NCBI GenBank assembly: GCA_964016885.1
Contig: OZ024741.1
Location: 134,850,001 to 134,914,000, forward strand
Length of the DNA: 64,000 nt
Direction: 5' to 3'
From: Eledone cirrhosa
Lineage: Eukaryota
The notes under the pieces were generated by a model, which was not told the origin of the DNA, did no database searches, and saw only the letters and a list, made by a program, of their open reading frames with translations. Below are positions 1-13,590 of the stretch, in pieces. How positions within the stretch are numbered: the first letter of the stretch is position 1; each line of letters begins with the position of its first letter. A program made the translations under genes and the position numbers.

Positions 1-619
1 CACTCAGGGAAAAGAATTTCCCACCGGGCGCGAATTTGATGTCGATCTATAAATCTACCCAAGCTTCAATTGAGGTGAGTAAGTGGTAAATGTTGAATCG
101 AAGTAGAAGTCTCTCCACACACAGATAATGAGGAGTTCTACAATACATACAGGTGGGTAACCTACGTTAGTTTTGACGAATGTTCCAGTTGTTTATCAAA
201 CAGAACAGCCTGATCATGAAACTAATGTGTTAATTGGCTGAACATTCCAGATGTTTGCCCTTAATGTAATTCTCAGGGAAATTCAGCGTGGCATTTTTTG
301 ACAGAGCAAGCCCTTTAAATTACACGCACGGTCCATTACTAAGACAGTAACTTAACATGATTCTTATAAAAATTATGTTGAAAGATTTAAATAGAAATCT
401 TTTGAAATGAACTAGTCATTATCAATTTCCTTTCTCTTCGCTGTCAGAGGAAGGGCAAGCACCGAAACATATTCAACACTACTTGTCTAGTCAATATAAC
501 TTGTGCATCTGTATTGATTTCTAAAAACAGCAGCAGGAATAAATATAATGAAACTGAAGTGAGGAATGGAAATCGGTTCCTTATGATTTCATAGCTTCCC
601 CGTAGTTACATAGGAATAT

Positions 620-787
620 AATTGTTTCTACTTTTGGCACAAGGCCAGCAATTACCCAGTATGTACTGGTGCTTTACTTTATCGACCTCGTAAGGATGAA
701 AGGAAAAGTTAACCTTGACGGGATTTGAAATGACCATAAAGGGACGTAACTATGCTGGAAAGCATGGCGTCAATTCACCGCCCGCCC
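620..787 (-). mobile_element. tRNA-derived SINE, family A
   Basis: Same sequence (…gagttcaaatcccgccgaggttaactttgcctttcatcc…ggccttgtgccaaaagtagaaacaatt) recurs at ~15675-15885, 17570-17763, 18368-18520, 20220-20410, 20635-20760, 29015-29185, 59065-59473, 62680-62810 and 63200-63460; B-box GTTCAAATCC. Confidence 0.8.
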
Positions 788-1964
788 CCATACGAATATA
801 GTGATAAATAATTAGTATTTTTACCGGAAGTGTGTTCACAAATGAAAAAGTAGAAAGGAGTGCTCAAGACGGAAGGTGAGGAAAGTGGAGAGAAAAGAAA
901 TAATTAAAAGAGATGCAACTATTAGATATCTGAAAACAAAGAGGCGAGAAATGAAGAGAGAGAAAAGCAAGAAAAAGAGGGTGATAGGGATGAAGAGACG
1001 AGGGAAAGAGATGTGTTGTGACAGTTAAAAATAAAAGCGGGTTATTTCAATCCCGAGTGAGTCAGTAGTGGTTGTATATGAACAAATATAGTTAAGACAG
1101 ACACCTGCTACTTTTAAAGAGTTACTGCATTATTAAAGACAATTATTTCAGATCATCCTTCTCTTATTAAATATTAAAAATTGAAATTGTACTTCGTTTG
1201 ATTATCTTAAGGAAAAAAATAAAAAAAAATAAAAAAATACCGAACTGAAAAATTTGAAAATATATTTATATATAAAATCAGGGGAACTTCAATAGTCTGA
1301 AATAAGGCTGCTAAAAATAAGAAAAAAAAAAAAAAAAAAAAAAAGAATGTCTTAAGTTAAGTTGGAGAATTAAAAATATAAATCCCCTCCCATCATTAAA
1401 AAATACTAGCAGGTTCAAAATTTCACTAATTTAGTAAAATGTTTTAATATACAATAATTGCTGAGATTTAGTCAACGTTAGGAATTTTTATTTAGACGAT
1501 TGATTTAGTAGATTACATTTAGAATCAATCTTAATTAGCTAATTATTTGTCCGTGAAATTATGAGTAATGACTTATGACTAAAGGAGTGAATGTGTGTAT
1601 ATTAGCGGTAAAGTCAGCAAAAGGTAAGTTGAGCTGACCTCCAACACTTCAAAACTAGAAACTATATTTAGAAATCAGCATAATTTGACGTTGTCGCATT
1701 AATAATAATAATTGATAGATAACTGACTGGTCTTGCCGGTAAATGTATCTTTCACCACTGTGATAAATAATTCAAATAAATGATAGATGTCTGTAATTCG
1801 AAGAGCAACTCATTATTATTTATTTATTTATATTTTTTTTTATTTTTTTAAATTTTTTTTTTTTACATACAGGAAGATATTAAAATTCAACAACATATGT
1901 TATATATAATATAAACTATTTCTAAGACGAAGCTGAGGGTTCAATATCACAAGAAATGACTTTG

Positions 1965-2006
<42 letters not shown>

Positions 2007-2284
2007 GCGAATATACAGCGGTGAGTTTTGAAATTTACACAGCAGGTGCTTGGAGGCTACTGTTTAAATATACTACGATTATGTAGCTGAATTTACTGAC
2101 AAAAACAGCATTAGTTGGTTTTAATAAATTTAAAATAGCGATTTAAAAAAAAAAAAAAAAAAAAAAAAATGAAAAAAAATGGATTTAGTTTTTTCCTAAA
2201 TTCATTTCGAAGACCTGAAAATTTTAATATTGGGGAAAAAAAAAAAAAAAATTAGTAGCTTCTGCCTCATATTAGGAATAGCAT

Positions 2285-2304
2285 ATTCTAGAAAATTCTA
2301 GAAA
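2285..2304. promoter_or_regulatory. perfect 4-pentamer heat shock element
   Basis: aTTCt aGAAa aTTCt aGAAa = alternating nTTCn/nGAAn. Confidence 0.4.
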
Positions 2305-2660
2305 CAGATCAGGCGCCGGCTAACTCAATACGTATGCTTCTTCTGAATCAGGTTCAGTCACTATCAACGATAATTTTTTTACGGATAAAAATATTAATTT
2401 AGAGAAAATGAAAAAATAAAGTTCATATTTGTTTTTAAAAGAATCAATTAGTAATGCTTTGATTTTGCTAAATATTTAACAGAAAAGCATATTGATAAAA
2501 AAAAGCATTGGATATTAAAAATTATGGAAGATAAATTATTCGAAATATTAACATCTTACCATTATTAAAGATTTGATAGTATTTTTGAGTGCTCGAAAAA
2601 AAACTGAATTTCTTCTGTGGTTTTAGGAAATACGGGAGGAAACTTGAGCCGAATAGCCAG

Positions 2661-2741
2661 ACTCACTGGGATGTGATGAATCCTACGTGAGATCGCAGAG
2701 CGACTGAATAAAGAGCAGCGAGTGCTGCGTAGTCTTTTATA
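2661..2741 (-). promoter_or_regulatory. putative core promoter and short non-coding first exon of a leftward gene
   Basis: Minus strand: TATAAAA (2741-2735), Inr-like TTATTCAGTC about 30-36 nt downstream, a ~40-nt exon, then the donor cca|GTGAGT (2666). The surroundings are repeat-poor. Confidence 0.45.
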
Positions 2742-4219
2742 GCAGTATCCTCCTTCTTCGTCTCTTCACATCTCCCTCTATTTTCTACACCCCTCTTTCT
2801 CTTATTTCTTCTCTTACTCGTCCTCATTTCCTACCTTTCTCTTATTAGTCTACACGGCCGGTCATTTACTGACCTTCAGCTCATTTCACTATTTTCTATT
2901 CTTTTTCATCTCTTCCACCCTATATTTTTCTGTCTATTTTCTATAACTATTTCTCCCACTACTACACATCTCTCTCTCTCTCTCTTGTAGTTAAATGCGG
3001 ATGCTGGTTTAAATTATTGTGACCTAGTCGTACTGCTATTGATTAACAACAATATTTATTTACATGTCGCTAATGCCTTATAGAAAAGCATGAATGCCAT
3101 ATTAAAAATCTTTCCTTCTCTTCCAAAATTTACAAACTTCATGACGATATAAAAAAATTAATTTATTTTAATTACTGCACAGAATGTTTATCTTGTACCC
3201 GTATGATATATGTGTATATGTATATACACATATATGCAGATGTGAAAGTGCTCGTTATACTCACACACACACGTGTATATATATTATACATTATAAAGTG
3301 AAACATATATATTATATATGTTTCTGTGTGTGTCTATATAACATGCACCTGTACATCATTTGCATTATCGACAATCGCATCAACGTGATTTAAAAAAATC
3401 CCTTCTCTCTCTCTTTCTCTTCTATTTCCCTCACTATTCAACAAATCAATAAATGTGATATTGTATCTCCAATAAAATAGTATGTATGTGTATAGGTGTG
3501 TCTTTTTCTCTCTTTCTCTCCATCTCGTCTGACTCACAACACCAGCTTCACCTGAAAGTAACAACCATGTGCAAACGTGGGTGTTAATGCTCAACCTGAA
3601 TAGCGAAATCGCACTCTTCTGTCTTAAACAAGAAAATGACAGTCCTACAAACTCTTAAAAAAACTAGATGGTCCAGGGATTATTTTAACCCCTGATTGTA
3701 TAGTTTCAATTCTAATTTTCTGCAGTTCTAAATTTGATTTTGTGCAATAAGTCAATTTTTTTTGTGTCAAATATTACATGTGATGCTTATATAGTAAATG
3801 AGGGTTAAAACATTCATAAGATATTTTAAATTGCTTTAGAAATTATCAAACACTGGGTCGTGGCACCAGTTCTAAAATGTCCTTCAAATAAAGCCAATGA
3901 TCGTTATTGGTTCACACAAGACTAAATAAATAACATCAATATCCCACCACAACCATTATCACCAACACACCCAAATTGGCGGCCGCCACCAGCTATTTTC
4001 TCGTTACAAGCAGTTCGGCTCATTGCCACCAATTTCTCGTCCATTCCCAGTTGTAGTGAGACAGTGCACGAATGTTTTTTCTTTTGTATTTTATTACCTT
4101 TTATCGCTATTTTTAATGTTATTGTCGGTTTTTTTTATTTATTGCCCAGCTGACGTTTTTTTTTTAAAGAGACTGTTGAACTTCAACACTACATATTTTG
4201 GTGATGACTCTTTATTACT

Positions 4220-4666
4220 CATCAACACCACCACCAACATCACCGACAATAACAACAGCAACACTCTCATCAACAATAACAAACCATCATCACCAACAAC
4301 ACTACCATCACTAACAACACCACCACCATCGCTACAAACAACACCACCACCATCGCTACAAACAACAACACTACCACCACCACCACCACCAACATCGTCT
4401 CCAACACCAATATCACCATCAGCACCACCTCCACTATCACCCACAATATTAACACTAACACCACCACCACCACCACCACCACCACCACCACCACCACCAC
4501 ACCATCATGATAACCAACATTTATCACATTACTGACACTACCATCACTATCGTCATCATTATTATTCATTACTCCACCGTCGCCATCACCACTATTCACA
4601 TCTCCACTCCACCACTTAATCACCATCAACACCACCACTTTCATCATCATCACCACCACCACCTTT

Positions 4667-4708
<42 letters not shown>

Positions 4709-4710
4709 TT
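4220..4710. repeat. (CAC/CAA/CAT)n compound trinucleotide microsatellite
   Basis: Direct reading. Confidence 0.9.
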
Positions 4711-4824
4711 TATGCAAGTTTAAGTCTGCCCCAAGCCCAGAGGTTCACCTGGTTGGTGCTTATCTCGATTTTCATGGGTGTTAAATGACTGAGAGAACAA
4801 GGCACCAGTCCATCACATGGTTAA

Positions 4825-5225
4825 CATCCTCTCTTCGGCCAAGTGCCAGCCAAAAGCTGCTTTAAATCCAGGAAAAGTTTCCCAAAGAGCGTCACACCCT
4901 TTGGAATACCAATCATAAGTAGTGAAAGAGTCACTCGCTGGGAAGAAAAACTTAACAACCTGCCATCTGTAACAACAATGGAGCTAAAGGCGAGCACGGC
5001 ACTTCCCCCCGGAGCAGATACAAACTATGCAGTGTGGAAATGCCTCAGCAGATTAAGATCTTGTGTTGGTCGTGCAAAAGTCAATCTGGCAAAATTGGGA
5101 ACACCCCTGCACAGCATTGGACTTGGCAGAGTTTAATGAGAAAGGACAGCAATGTGTTCAGCTGTGGCGGAACCACATCTAGCCAAGTTTTGTAGCTGAC
5201 ACTCTTGTGGACACGATAAGAAGCT
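4825..5225 (+). mobile_element. 3' end fragment of a non-LTR retrotransposon
   Basis: ORF 4843-5136 has KSRKSF...LPPGAD..YAVWKCLSRLRSCVGRAKVNLAK, resembling the post-RT C-terminus of LINEs; degenerate. Confidence 0.5.
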
Positions 5226-6183
5226 GCCGGTACACATTTTCAGGTAAGTGTACTGGTAGAGAGTGAAATGAAGTGTTTTGTTCAAGAACACAACACACAA
5301 CCCGGTCCAGGAATCGAACCCACGGCATTATGGATGCAAGTCAACACCCTAACCATTTAATGCAAGTGCTATGGATGAAAAACAGCATCTTTAAAAACAA
5401 TATAAATGTCACATATCGTTAAATCCCTTCTCGATATCTGTGGTACTTTTGCTTTTATTTAAAGGAAGTTTTAGAACTGCACAAATCTTTGAGGTAGGTG
5501 ACACGACCCAGTGTTTGATATTCAAGCATTTGTAATGGCTATTTTAAACATTTTATGAGTGTTTTATGCCTTTTAACCATTATTTACCATGTAACCACGA
5601 GTAGTATTTTACACAAAATATAAACTTACTGCACAAAATTAGATTTAGAACTGTACAAGCAGGGGTCACTTAGACTTAGAAGCTCCCTCAACATGTGATA
5701 CACGAGATAGTCAGGGCAATCCAGCCTTTCCTATCCCTAGCCAGGGCAGATACATCCTTCTAGTCCTTGTTCACCAGTCATAGATCTTACTCAATGCTCT
5801 GATGACGATTCATTTTAGGTCCTCCTCTCTTTCTTTTGCCTCCCGTAACCCAGAGCAAAATATGGTTGACTGATCTCGTTTGTGTCAATCCGGAAAGGTG
5901 TCTAAGCCAGCTAAGGTACATTTTATAGATTTTTTTCGCAGTTAATGTCTTCTAGGGTGAACTGCCTGTTAAAATAATCACTGGTGTATGCTCCACACAC
6001 AGTCACATTTTCATTTACCTAATTCGACTTACAAGGCAAGGGCCTGTCCAGCTTAAAGCTATGGTAAATGAAACTTGTACAAGATCAAGATGCCATGGAA
6101 TGGTATCGAACGCGGTATCAAATGATTGCTAAGCGAACTCCTTAACCATTCGGCCATGCTGCATCCACAGATGAATAAGACAA

Positions 6184-7130
6184 TCTACTTATATATATAA
6201 CCAGCAATTTCTCTGTCTGTCTGTCCGACAGTGGAAACACGTGCGTAGAGAGAGAGTGAGAGTGAAAGAAAGAGACAGACTACGAGAGGGGGATAGAGAG
6301 AGAGTGAATAGACGCTAAAATACGTGCTATAGAAACATTACCTTCCCCTCTCCACTGACTTTGGTCACTGAGGCCGAGGGAATCGCTGGTTGCTATAGAG
6401 ACACCTTGCAGAAGCCAGAAGTAACGAGTTCGAGGCGGTTCTGACTTGACACCATGTGGTTTGAAGAAGGTTGCCATTGAATTTGTGGTTGTTGCTGCTG
6501 ATAATAAGGACCATTTGAAGAAGGTTGCTGCTGATGAGGTAATTTATTAATCAGATTGCGCAGTTCCATAACCTACGTTTGATTTGTTCAATTTTTTTCT
6601 TCAATTTTTGTTGTTGTTTTTTTTAATTTCTTATTGAAAAAATATAAATAATAAAATAAGGTTAGAAGTTTAAATGCAATTAAATACGATTTAATTTCCA
6701 TTTCCAGCAGCCAATGTCCAGTGTTCAATTTCATGAAAAAATTGGAAATAATTCAAAAAATTGAAGTTTAACTTTTGAACATTTGTTTTGACAATAAAAA
6801 AATATTTCCTTATTCACACCTAATGGTATGATTAAAATTTCATAGGAATATTTTTTTCTAACCGCCAGTTATTTAAATATTATTAAAAATAAATAAAAAA
6901 AAAAAAAGAATGGAAGATTTTGTGGATTTTTTTACCACCTTCCAAGCCTTAAACACTAATTCTCGCGAATTTGTGTTTTGTAATGACCCTCAGGACGCTG
7001 CTATTATTGATTCCAATAGTGCCTGGTATTCGAATATGTTAGTATACAATTTTTTGAATAAAATTAAGGCGCAATTAGAGCTGCCAAACAAAATTTTTTT
7101 CGGCTTCGGCCCATATTATATATATATATA
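6184..7130 (+). mobile_element. non-autonomous Helitron-like element (5' part)
   Basis: Starts a|TCtacttatatatataaccagcaatttctctgtctgtctgtccgacagtgg, the same 5' end as the element at 7177. Confidence 0.5.
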
Positions 7131-7176
7131 ATGGGGATGATGATGATGATATACATAGTTACATATGTATATGTAA

Positions 7177-7785
7177 TCTCCTTATAATATATAACCAGCA
7201 ATTTCTCTGTCTGTCTGTCCGACAGTGGAAACACGTGCGCGCGTGCGAATGTTTTTTGCGCACGCGTAGAGAGAGAGTGAGAGTGAAAGAAAGAGACAGA
7301 CTACGAGAGGGGGATAGCGGGAGGGAGAGAGGGAGAGAGAGAGTGAATAGACGCTAAAACACGTGCGCGCGTGCGAATGTTTTTTGCGCACGCGTAGATA
7401 GAGAGTGAGAGTGAAAGAAAGAGACAGACTACAAGAGGGGGATAGCGGGAGGGAGAGGGGGGAATTGAGGAGTGCTACAGAAACATATATACATTTCTGT
7501 GTGTGTGTAATATATATATATATATACACACACAGCAATATATATATATGCACACAGAAATATATATACATTTCTGTGTGTGTAATATATATATATATAT
7601 ACACACAGAAATATATATACATTTCTGTGTGTGTAATATATATATATATATACACACAGAAATATATATACATTTCTGTGTGTGTAATATATATATATAT
7701 ACACACAGAAATATTTATACATTTCAGTGTGTGTAATATATATATATACTAGCAGAAAACCACCCGGTGGGTGGTTTTCTGCTAG
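7177..7785 (+). mobile_element. non-autonomous Helitron with internal ~48-bp palindromic minisatellite
   Basis: 5' a|TC; 3' hairpin ccaccc-ggt-gggtgg then ttttctgCTAG; tandem units cacagaaat...atttctgtg at 7480-7745. Confidence 0.6.
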
Positions 7786-8142
7786 TCTATATATATAAAA
7801 CAGAGGATGTATGTCTGTGTGTCTGTTTCCTTAAAACTCGAGAAGTACCCAACCGTTTTTTTTCAAACTTTACACATGGCCCCGGAAGTGTTTTGAGCCA
7901 AAAAAATTTTCAAATTATTCTGACCTAGGGATCGAATTAGTGAAGTGGCCAATGTCTGTACACAATGAGGGAGTGAGAGGGGAGAGAAGAAACGGAGAGG
8001 TGAAGTGAAGAAGTGGCTCTCTACTCCTCCTCCACCTTCTCCCCATTCGTCACAGCATTTTTCGATAGAGGGGAGAAATATGAACGAGTTACAGAGAGAA
8101 AGAGTGAGAGTGAAAGAAACAGACAGACTAAAAGAGGGGGAT

Positions 8143-8213
<71 letters not shown>

Positions 8214-8583
8214 CAGACGCCGTCTTTTGAGAGTTGTATGCGTCAAAGATACATGACAGTGGAATAACTATTGCGTGTGTGTGTACGTGCGCGCGTGTGT
8301 GAGTTTGTGTGCATTTGCATACGTGAGTGTCTATGTGTGCGTGAGTGATTATAAACTCTCTAAAAATGGTCTGATGGAATTAACCCTTTAGCATTTACAT
8401 TACTCTATACATACTATATTATTTTCAAGGTAAAGGCTTTATCTCACATAATATAAAAATCTCATAGATTTAATATTATTTATTTTGAGAACAATACCTT
8501 AACCCTTTAGTATTAATGTGAGTGAGTTATAAAGAGAAAGAGTGAGAGTGAAAGAAACAGACAGACTAAAAGAGGGGGATAGC

Positions 8584-8648
<65 letters not shown>

Positions 8649-9171
8649 GCTGGAAGAGGGGAAGGAAAGCTATATATCTTGCTGTCTGCATTACGATACA
8701 TATATATACACACACACACTGATCGCGTCATAATGACGTAATGCAGACAGCCAGACATACAGACAGATATTATAAGGGCGCAACGTTATATCTATGTATC
8801 TATCTAAAAAGAAAGACTAAGAATTATATAGAGAGATCGCTAAATCGCCTAATGCGGTCCCTAGGGCATTGAAAATTTGAAATATTATTTGCTCAAAACA
8901 CTCTCAGGACCATAAGTATTACATGTGTAAAGTTTGAAAACAATCCGTTGGGCGGTTCTCAAGTTTTAGTGAGCTGACAGACAGACATTCTCTGTTTTAG
9001 ATATATATATATATATATATAATTATATATTCGTGTACAGATATTTTTGCATACACAATAACAAAATATAAATAAACGTATTTATTTCACGAGGCTCAAT
9101 AAGGATAAATATATATCAAATATATAAGAACCCTAGAGTAAATCCCGAGTAACGCCGGGCCATTCTGCTAG
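7786..9171 (+). mobile_element. non-autonomous Helitron
   Basis: 5' TCtatatatataaaacagaggatg; 3' hairpin cccgagtaacgccggg then CTAG|t. Confidence 0.8.
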
Positions 9172-10267
9172 TATCTTATAAAATAAGACAATATATCTAA
9201 TCAAAGTGGCAGGTATCTCTCTCGAAACAAAACTGCCATATTGCTTTTTCACTCCCCCATTCTCCCCATACTTTTTACTTTACAACTTCACCTTCTTCCT
9301 ACATATATCATTACTTCTTTCCACTCCACTGCCTCCTCACCTCTCTGTTCTCCAAAACTAAAGCCTGTATTTGTTGAAGTATATACCTGTGCCAGGTGTA
9401 AATCCTTTCCTCACCAGAGAGACATTTTTCTCAGGCTCTCTAATAAAGGAGAATGACTGGACAGGACGTGAACGAAAATTTAATCTAGTTTAATCCTTTT
9501 TGTTTTTTAATCCTAAAAATGTCCCATTCGGCATATTTTACTGGTAGTAGCCATTATAATTACGATTTTTTTTTCCCGTTTAGTTAAAGTAATTAATATA
9601 TGGAAGATCATGCGTTGCTAGGCTGGTTGTTGAAAACAATGAGACCAATCAATAAGGCCTTGACCATTAAATCAATATACAGCGAAAAGTTTCTGGTTAC
9701 ACTCCAAACCAGTTTATTGAACATAACTCGATGACCTAAACAAGGAAACATTTCACTTCTAGTGCATAATTATTACAGGATTAGACTTCCATAATGCATG
9801 TTGCTAATCGTTATGATATCGACGTCATTTTAGACGCTTTTAATTAGCACGGCATAACCTCTTAGTCTTTCAACCTCTATCATTTCTCTTTGTCATGTCA
9901 GCCCTTCTCTATCTTCTTCTACCTTTCTCTCTCCCTCTTTTTCTTTTAACCTCTCTCCTTTCTCTCTGTCATGTCACCCCTTTTCTATCTCCTTCTTCAT
10001 CTCTCTCCCTTCTTCTTTCTCTTTGTCATGTCGCCCCTTCTCTATCTCCTTCCCCATCTCTCTCCTACTTTTCTCTTTGTCAATATTTTTCTCTCCTCTC
10101 CTCATTTCCCTCCTCTATCATTCAAGGTTAACAATACAATATACTCTACTTTTCTCTTTCAAGCAACCTGCTTTTATAAATAATTCCTATTTATACCTAT
10201 ACACACATTTCTCTATCCCTCTTTCTCACTGTTGTTATTGAAGTCCAAACCTGTGCACACATGTGAA

Positions 10268-10690
10268 AGTGAGTGGCTTAGTGGTTAGGGTGCTGGGTTC
10301 ACAATCGTAAGGTCATCAGTTCGATCACCAAACAAGGCGGCATGTTGTGTCTTTAAGCAAGATACTTTAGTTCACGGTATTTCAGTCCATCAAATGAAAA
10401 ATAAAAAAAAATAAAAGAAAATTAGTTATGACGCCACTGGTTCCAAGCTGTATCAGCCATTGCATTTCTCTTGGACAACATCAATTTCGTGGAGAGGGGA
10501 ACCTTACATGCATGGATGACCGCTAGTCTTCCATAAAATACCTTAGCCAAACCTGTGCCTTAGAGAGGCAAGCCCATGATCTATCAGTTATGGATGTACA
10601 ACCCATGGTCTATTAGTCATGTATGTACAACCCATAATCAGTTATAGAGGTACAAACCATAACCAATCATGACCAAAGAGGGGTCTTTTC
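10268..10690 (+). mobile_element. tRNA-derived SINE, family B
   Basis: A-box tggcttagtgg and B-box gttcgatc; related copies at ~5240-5360(-), 53510-53700, 54790-55080 and 62160-62460(-). Confidence 0.7.
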
Positions 10691-10789
10691 TTTTTGCGCA
10701 TAACTAACACTCTAAAACCTGTAGATGTTCAGGGTCAAGTGATACTAAGAGTGTCAGTGATATTAAACTTTTCCAATCCCAGAAATAAT

Positions 10790-11390
10790 CCATAGACGTG
10801 GTTATTAACTTCTGCTAAGTGATATAATTAGCAGTGGAGGAGGAGGTTCCAAGAGTATAGTAGCCAGAATGAGGACAGGATGGAAGAAGTTTAGGAAGCT
10901 ACTCCCTCTGCTGACAACAAAAGGTTTTTCCCTACGAACGAAAGGACGGTTGTATGATGCCAGTGAGTGATGTCCGATACTGCATGGTAGCAAGACATGG
11001 GCAGTGATCAGAGAGGATATGCGATGACTCGAGAGAAATGGAGTAATGTACGTGAACAACAAAACATGGATGATCTGAGGGAGAAAATGGGTTTAAGAGG
11101 AATAAGATGTATGCAGGAGAGAAGACTGCGCTGATATGAACATGTGGTGCATGGATAATGACTGCTAGGTTAAGAACTGCCAAGTAATCCCAGTGGAAGG
11201 AAGTTAAAGTAGAGGACTACCTGGATGGAAGTGATAAGGGATGATCTAAAATCTCTGAAACTCACAGAGAAGATGATGAAGGAATGCGACGAGTGCAGAG
11301 ATACTGCGCTTAAAAAAATCCATCCAACTCATGCAAACATTGGAAAGTGAACGTACAATGATGATGATAATGATGATAATGACGATGCAC
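10790..11390 (+). mobile_element. degenerate RTE-like LINE 3' fragment with (GAT)n tail
   Basis: Remnant RMRTGWKKFRKLLPLLTTKGFSLRTKGRLYDA...LHGSKTWA and a short tandem tail. Confidence 0.65.
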
Positions 11391-11474
11391 AAGAGTGTGG
11401 CCCTGTTACACTAAATACGAGTGTAAAATCAGGTGAAATATACCTATACGTATTATATGCCCCCCCCCCCCCCC

Positions 11475-12656
11475 CAACACCCGCGTTCCTTTCCCTCTCA
11501 CCTACCACCCATCACCCTACCTGCTCCAGCGACATATCCTCCGTTCCTTCCGCACCCTCTTTTCTGACCCCGTCACTTCTCGCTTTTTTCCAAACCCACC
11601 CATTACTACATTTAAACGCGCCCGCAACCTTCCCGTCCTCTCCCACGACTCCACCCGCTCTCATCCTTGTTCTCGTCCCCGCTGCAACACTTGTCCCTTC
11701 ATTTCCACCCTCACCACTCTCACAGGCCCTAACGGGTCTTTCCGTATCTGCCACTCTTTTACCTGCACATCCACCTACATTGTCAACGCCCTCCGGTGTT
11801 CCCTTTGCGGGTCTTTATACATCGGACAAACGGGACGCCGTATGGCGGACCGTTTTGCTGAGCATTTGAAGGATATATGACTCAGTTTGGATACTCCTGT
11901 CGCTCGTCATTCATTCTTCCCTATATGTCTCAGTCCTGGGTGTTCTTTTTCATCATGGATCACAGGCCTCGCGCACTAGGACTGAATAGAGTCTGATTCA
12001 CCGCCTTGGGTCCTATTCCCCTTTTGGACTCAACTCACCTCCCCATTTTCTTTAATACCCCGTACATTATCACACGCGCTTGCACATTCACCTCTAGATT
12101 CCTATCGCTCTCTCATGATCATAAACATCTTCTCTTACAAATTATATAGACCGACAAAATATCCACACTCCACTTTTCCCTTCACTGCTCTGTATACACA
12201 CATACACGCCCTGATATTAACATACTTTTGCTCATAGCTTCGTACTTACATGCACACACACTCTTTTACTACACACATTTCTTCTTAGCTTCGTACGGAC
12301 GTACACACACACACACACACACACACATGCTTGCACACGTGCACAAGTATAGCTCTTTTTACAAAACGGTAAACGCGCTCCATCATCCACTTTTCTAAAA
12401 AAATAAATCATACACAAAACGCCAGCACCAACAGTTTTGCAAGAGGTGTCAACATGAACGGACCTGTTATTTTTATCTAAAGACAATTTTTCCAATTCCA
12501 ACCCGCCCGTCCCCTCAATCTATCTTATTTCTCATTCTTTCTTCTGATGAAGGACTAGCGTCCGAAACGTCAAGACCCTGTTCCTGCTATTTCAAGCGTT
12601 AACCTAATATATTCCTTCCATATACTGTACCGATTGTATTGTTATTTCTGTTTACC

Positions 12657-12662
<6 letters not shown>
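11475..12662 (+). mobile_element. 5'-truncated Penelope-like element (Cys linker + GIY-YIG, Neptune-like) with 3' HHR
   Basis: Translates RVPFPLTYHP...PPITTFKRARNL...PCSRPRCNTCPF...FTCTSTYIVNALRCSLCGSLYIGQTGRRMADRFAEHL; ends at (CA)n/(TA)n. Confidence 0.85.
12540..12575 (+). ncRNA. minimal type I hammerhead ribozyme
   Basis: TCTT-CTGATGA-A-GGAC tagc GTCC-GAAA-CG-TC^-AAGA: intact core, stems I and II pair, palindromic minimal stem III. Confidence 0.85.
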
Positions 12663-12726
<64 letters not shown>

Positions 12727-12729
<3 letters not shown>

Positions 12730-13370
12730 CAAACATAAATTATCGAGATTCGCATTTCGGCCCACGAAATAACGAAAAACAACCTCCGAGATGTGTGGCA
12801 AGTGCTCAATGATTCAGATGAACCAGAGCTATAACAAACGTTAAAAGCCAAACACACTGAGACGATGGTTAAACAATCATTCGCATAGCCAAAAAAAAAC
12901 GATCAAGTAATTCGGGTATTGAAAATTTACCCGGACCCCTGGAAGGTTGGTAAAATCCAGTATTTGGGTTTCTGCGGCTCCTAAATCAAGTACCGTCCGC
13001 TTACATAAATAATGTCAGGCTTCTGGTAAGATGATTGAACAAGGAAGCCGCTTTCTCAACAGGTTTTAGTTCAATGTTAATACAAGGACTGACTATTGCT
13101 GACTCCACGTGGGGATCGGCAAGGGAGGCAGCCCCTATATCAGGCGAATAAATTCAGTTGTGTATATTTTGCAAGAATGCAAAAACATCACAAATCGAAT
13201 AGAGTTATCAACAGAAGGGTTAAAATTAACATAAGCTATTCGTCAGTCAATAGAATCAACTAAAAAATCAAGAAAATGAACTGGTCAATAGCTAGAGTCT
13301 GGAGATAAATACAAACATAAATTATCGAGATTCGCATTTCGGCCCACGAAATAACGAAAAACAACCTCCG

Positions 13371-13371
<1 letters not shown>
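12727..13371. mobile_element. non-coding unit of 582-bp period bounded by ~63-bp direct repeats, between (TA)n tracts
   Basis: tacaaacataaattatcgagattcgcatttcggcccacgaaataacgaaaaacaacctccga at 12728 and 13310. Confidence 0.65.
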
Positions 13372-13410
<39 letters not shown>

Positions 13411-13590
13411 GAAACAGTTTCGGAAGATCCCGTTAAGGGTTAAAGCAGCGATTCTTGCTTAAACTTTAATCTGTTATTTTAATAAATATTTGCTCTACGG
13501 TTTTATGTATTTATATATATATATTATCCTTATCGAGCCCTCTTCGGATTTTAGTCTTCACATTTATTATTATTACTATATACATATATA

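Larger units (their letters stand above)
3720..5657. mobile_element. old TIR element (~150-bp imperfect terminal inverted repeats) with nested repeats
   Basis: 3720-3870 (cagttctaaatttgattttgtgca...caaacactgggtcgtggcacc) is the reverse complement of ~5497-5657. Confidence 0.55.

Noticed and set aside
1-140. Possible exon (plus-strand gag|gtgagt at ~74, or minus-strand acceptor at ~137)
   Set aside because: Too short, no recognisable protein, and the two readings conflict.
4023-4788. Pro/Thr/His-rich ORFs, and all YI/HT/CV/RE/LS-repeat ORFs in the track
   Set aside because: These are translations of microsatellites, with no splice or homology support.
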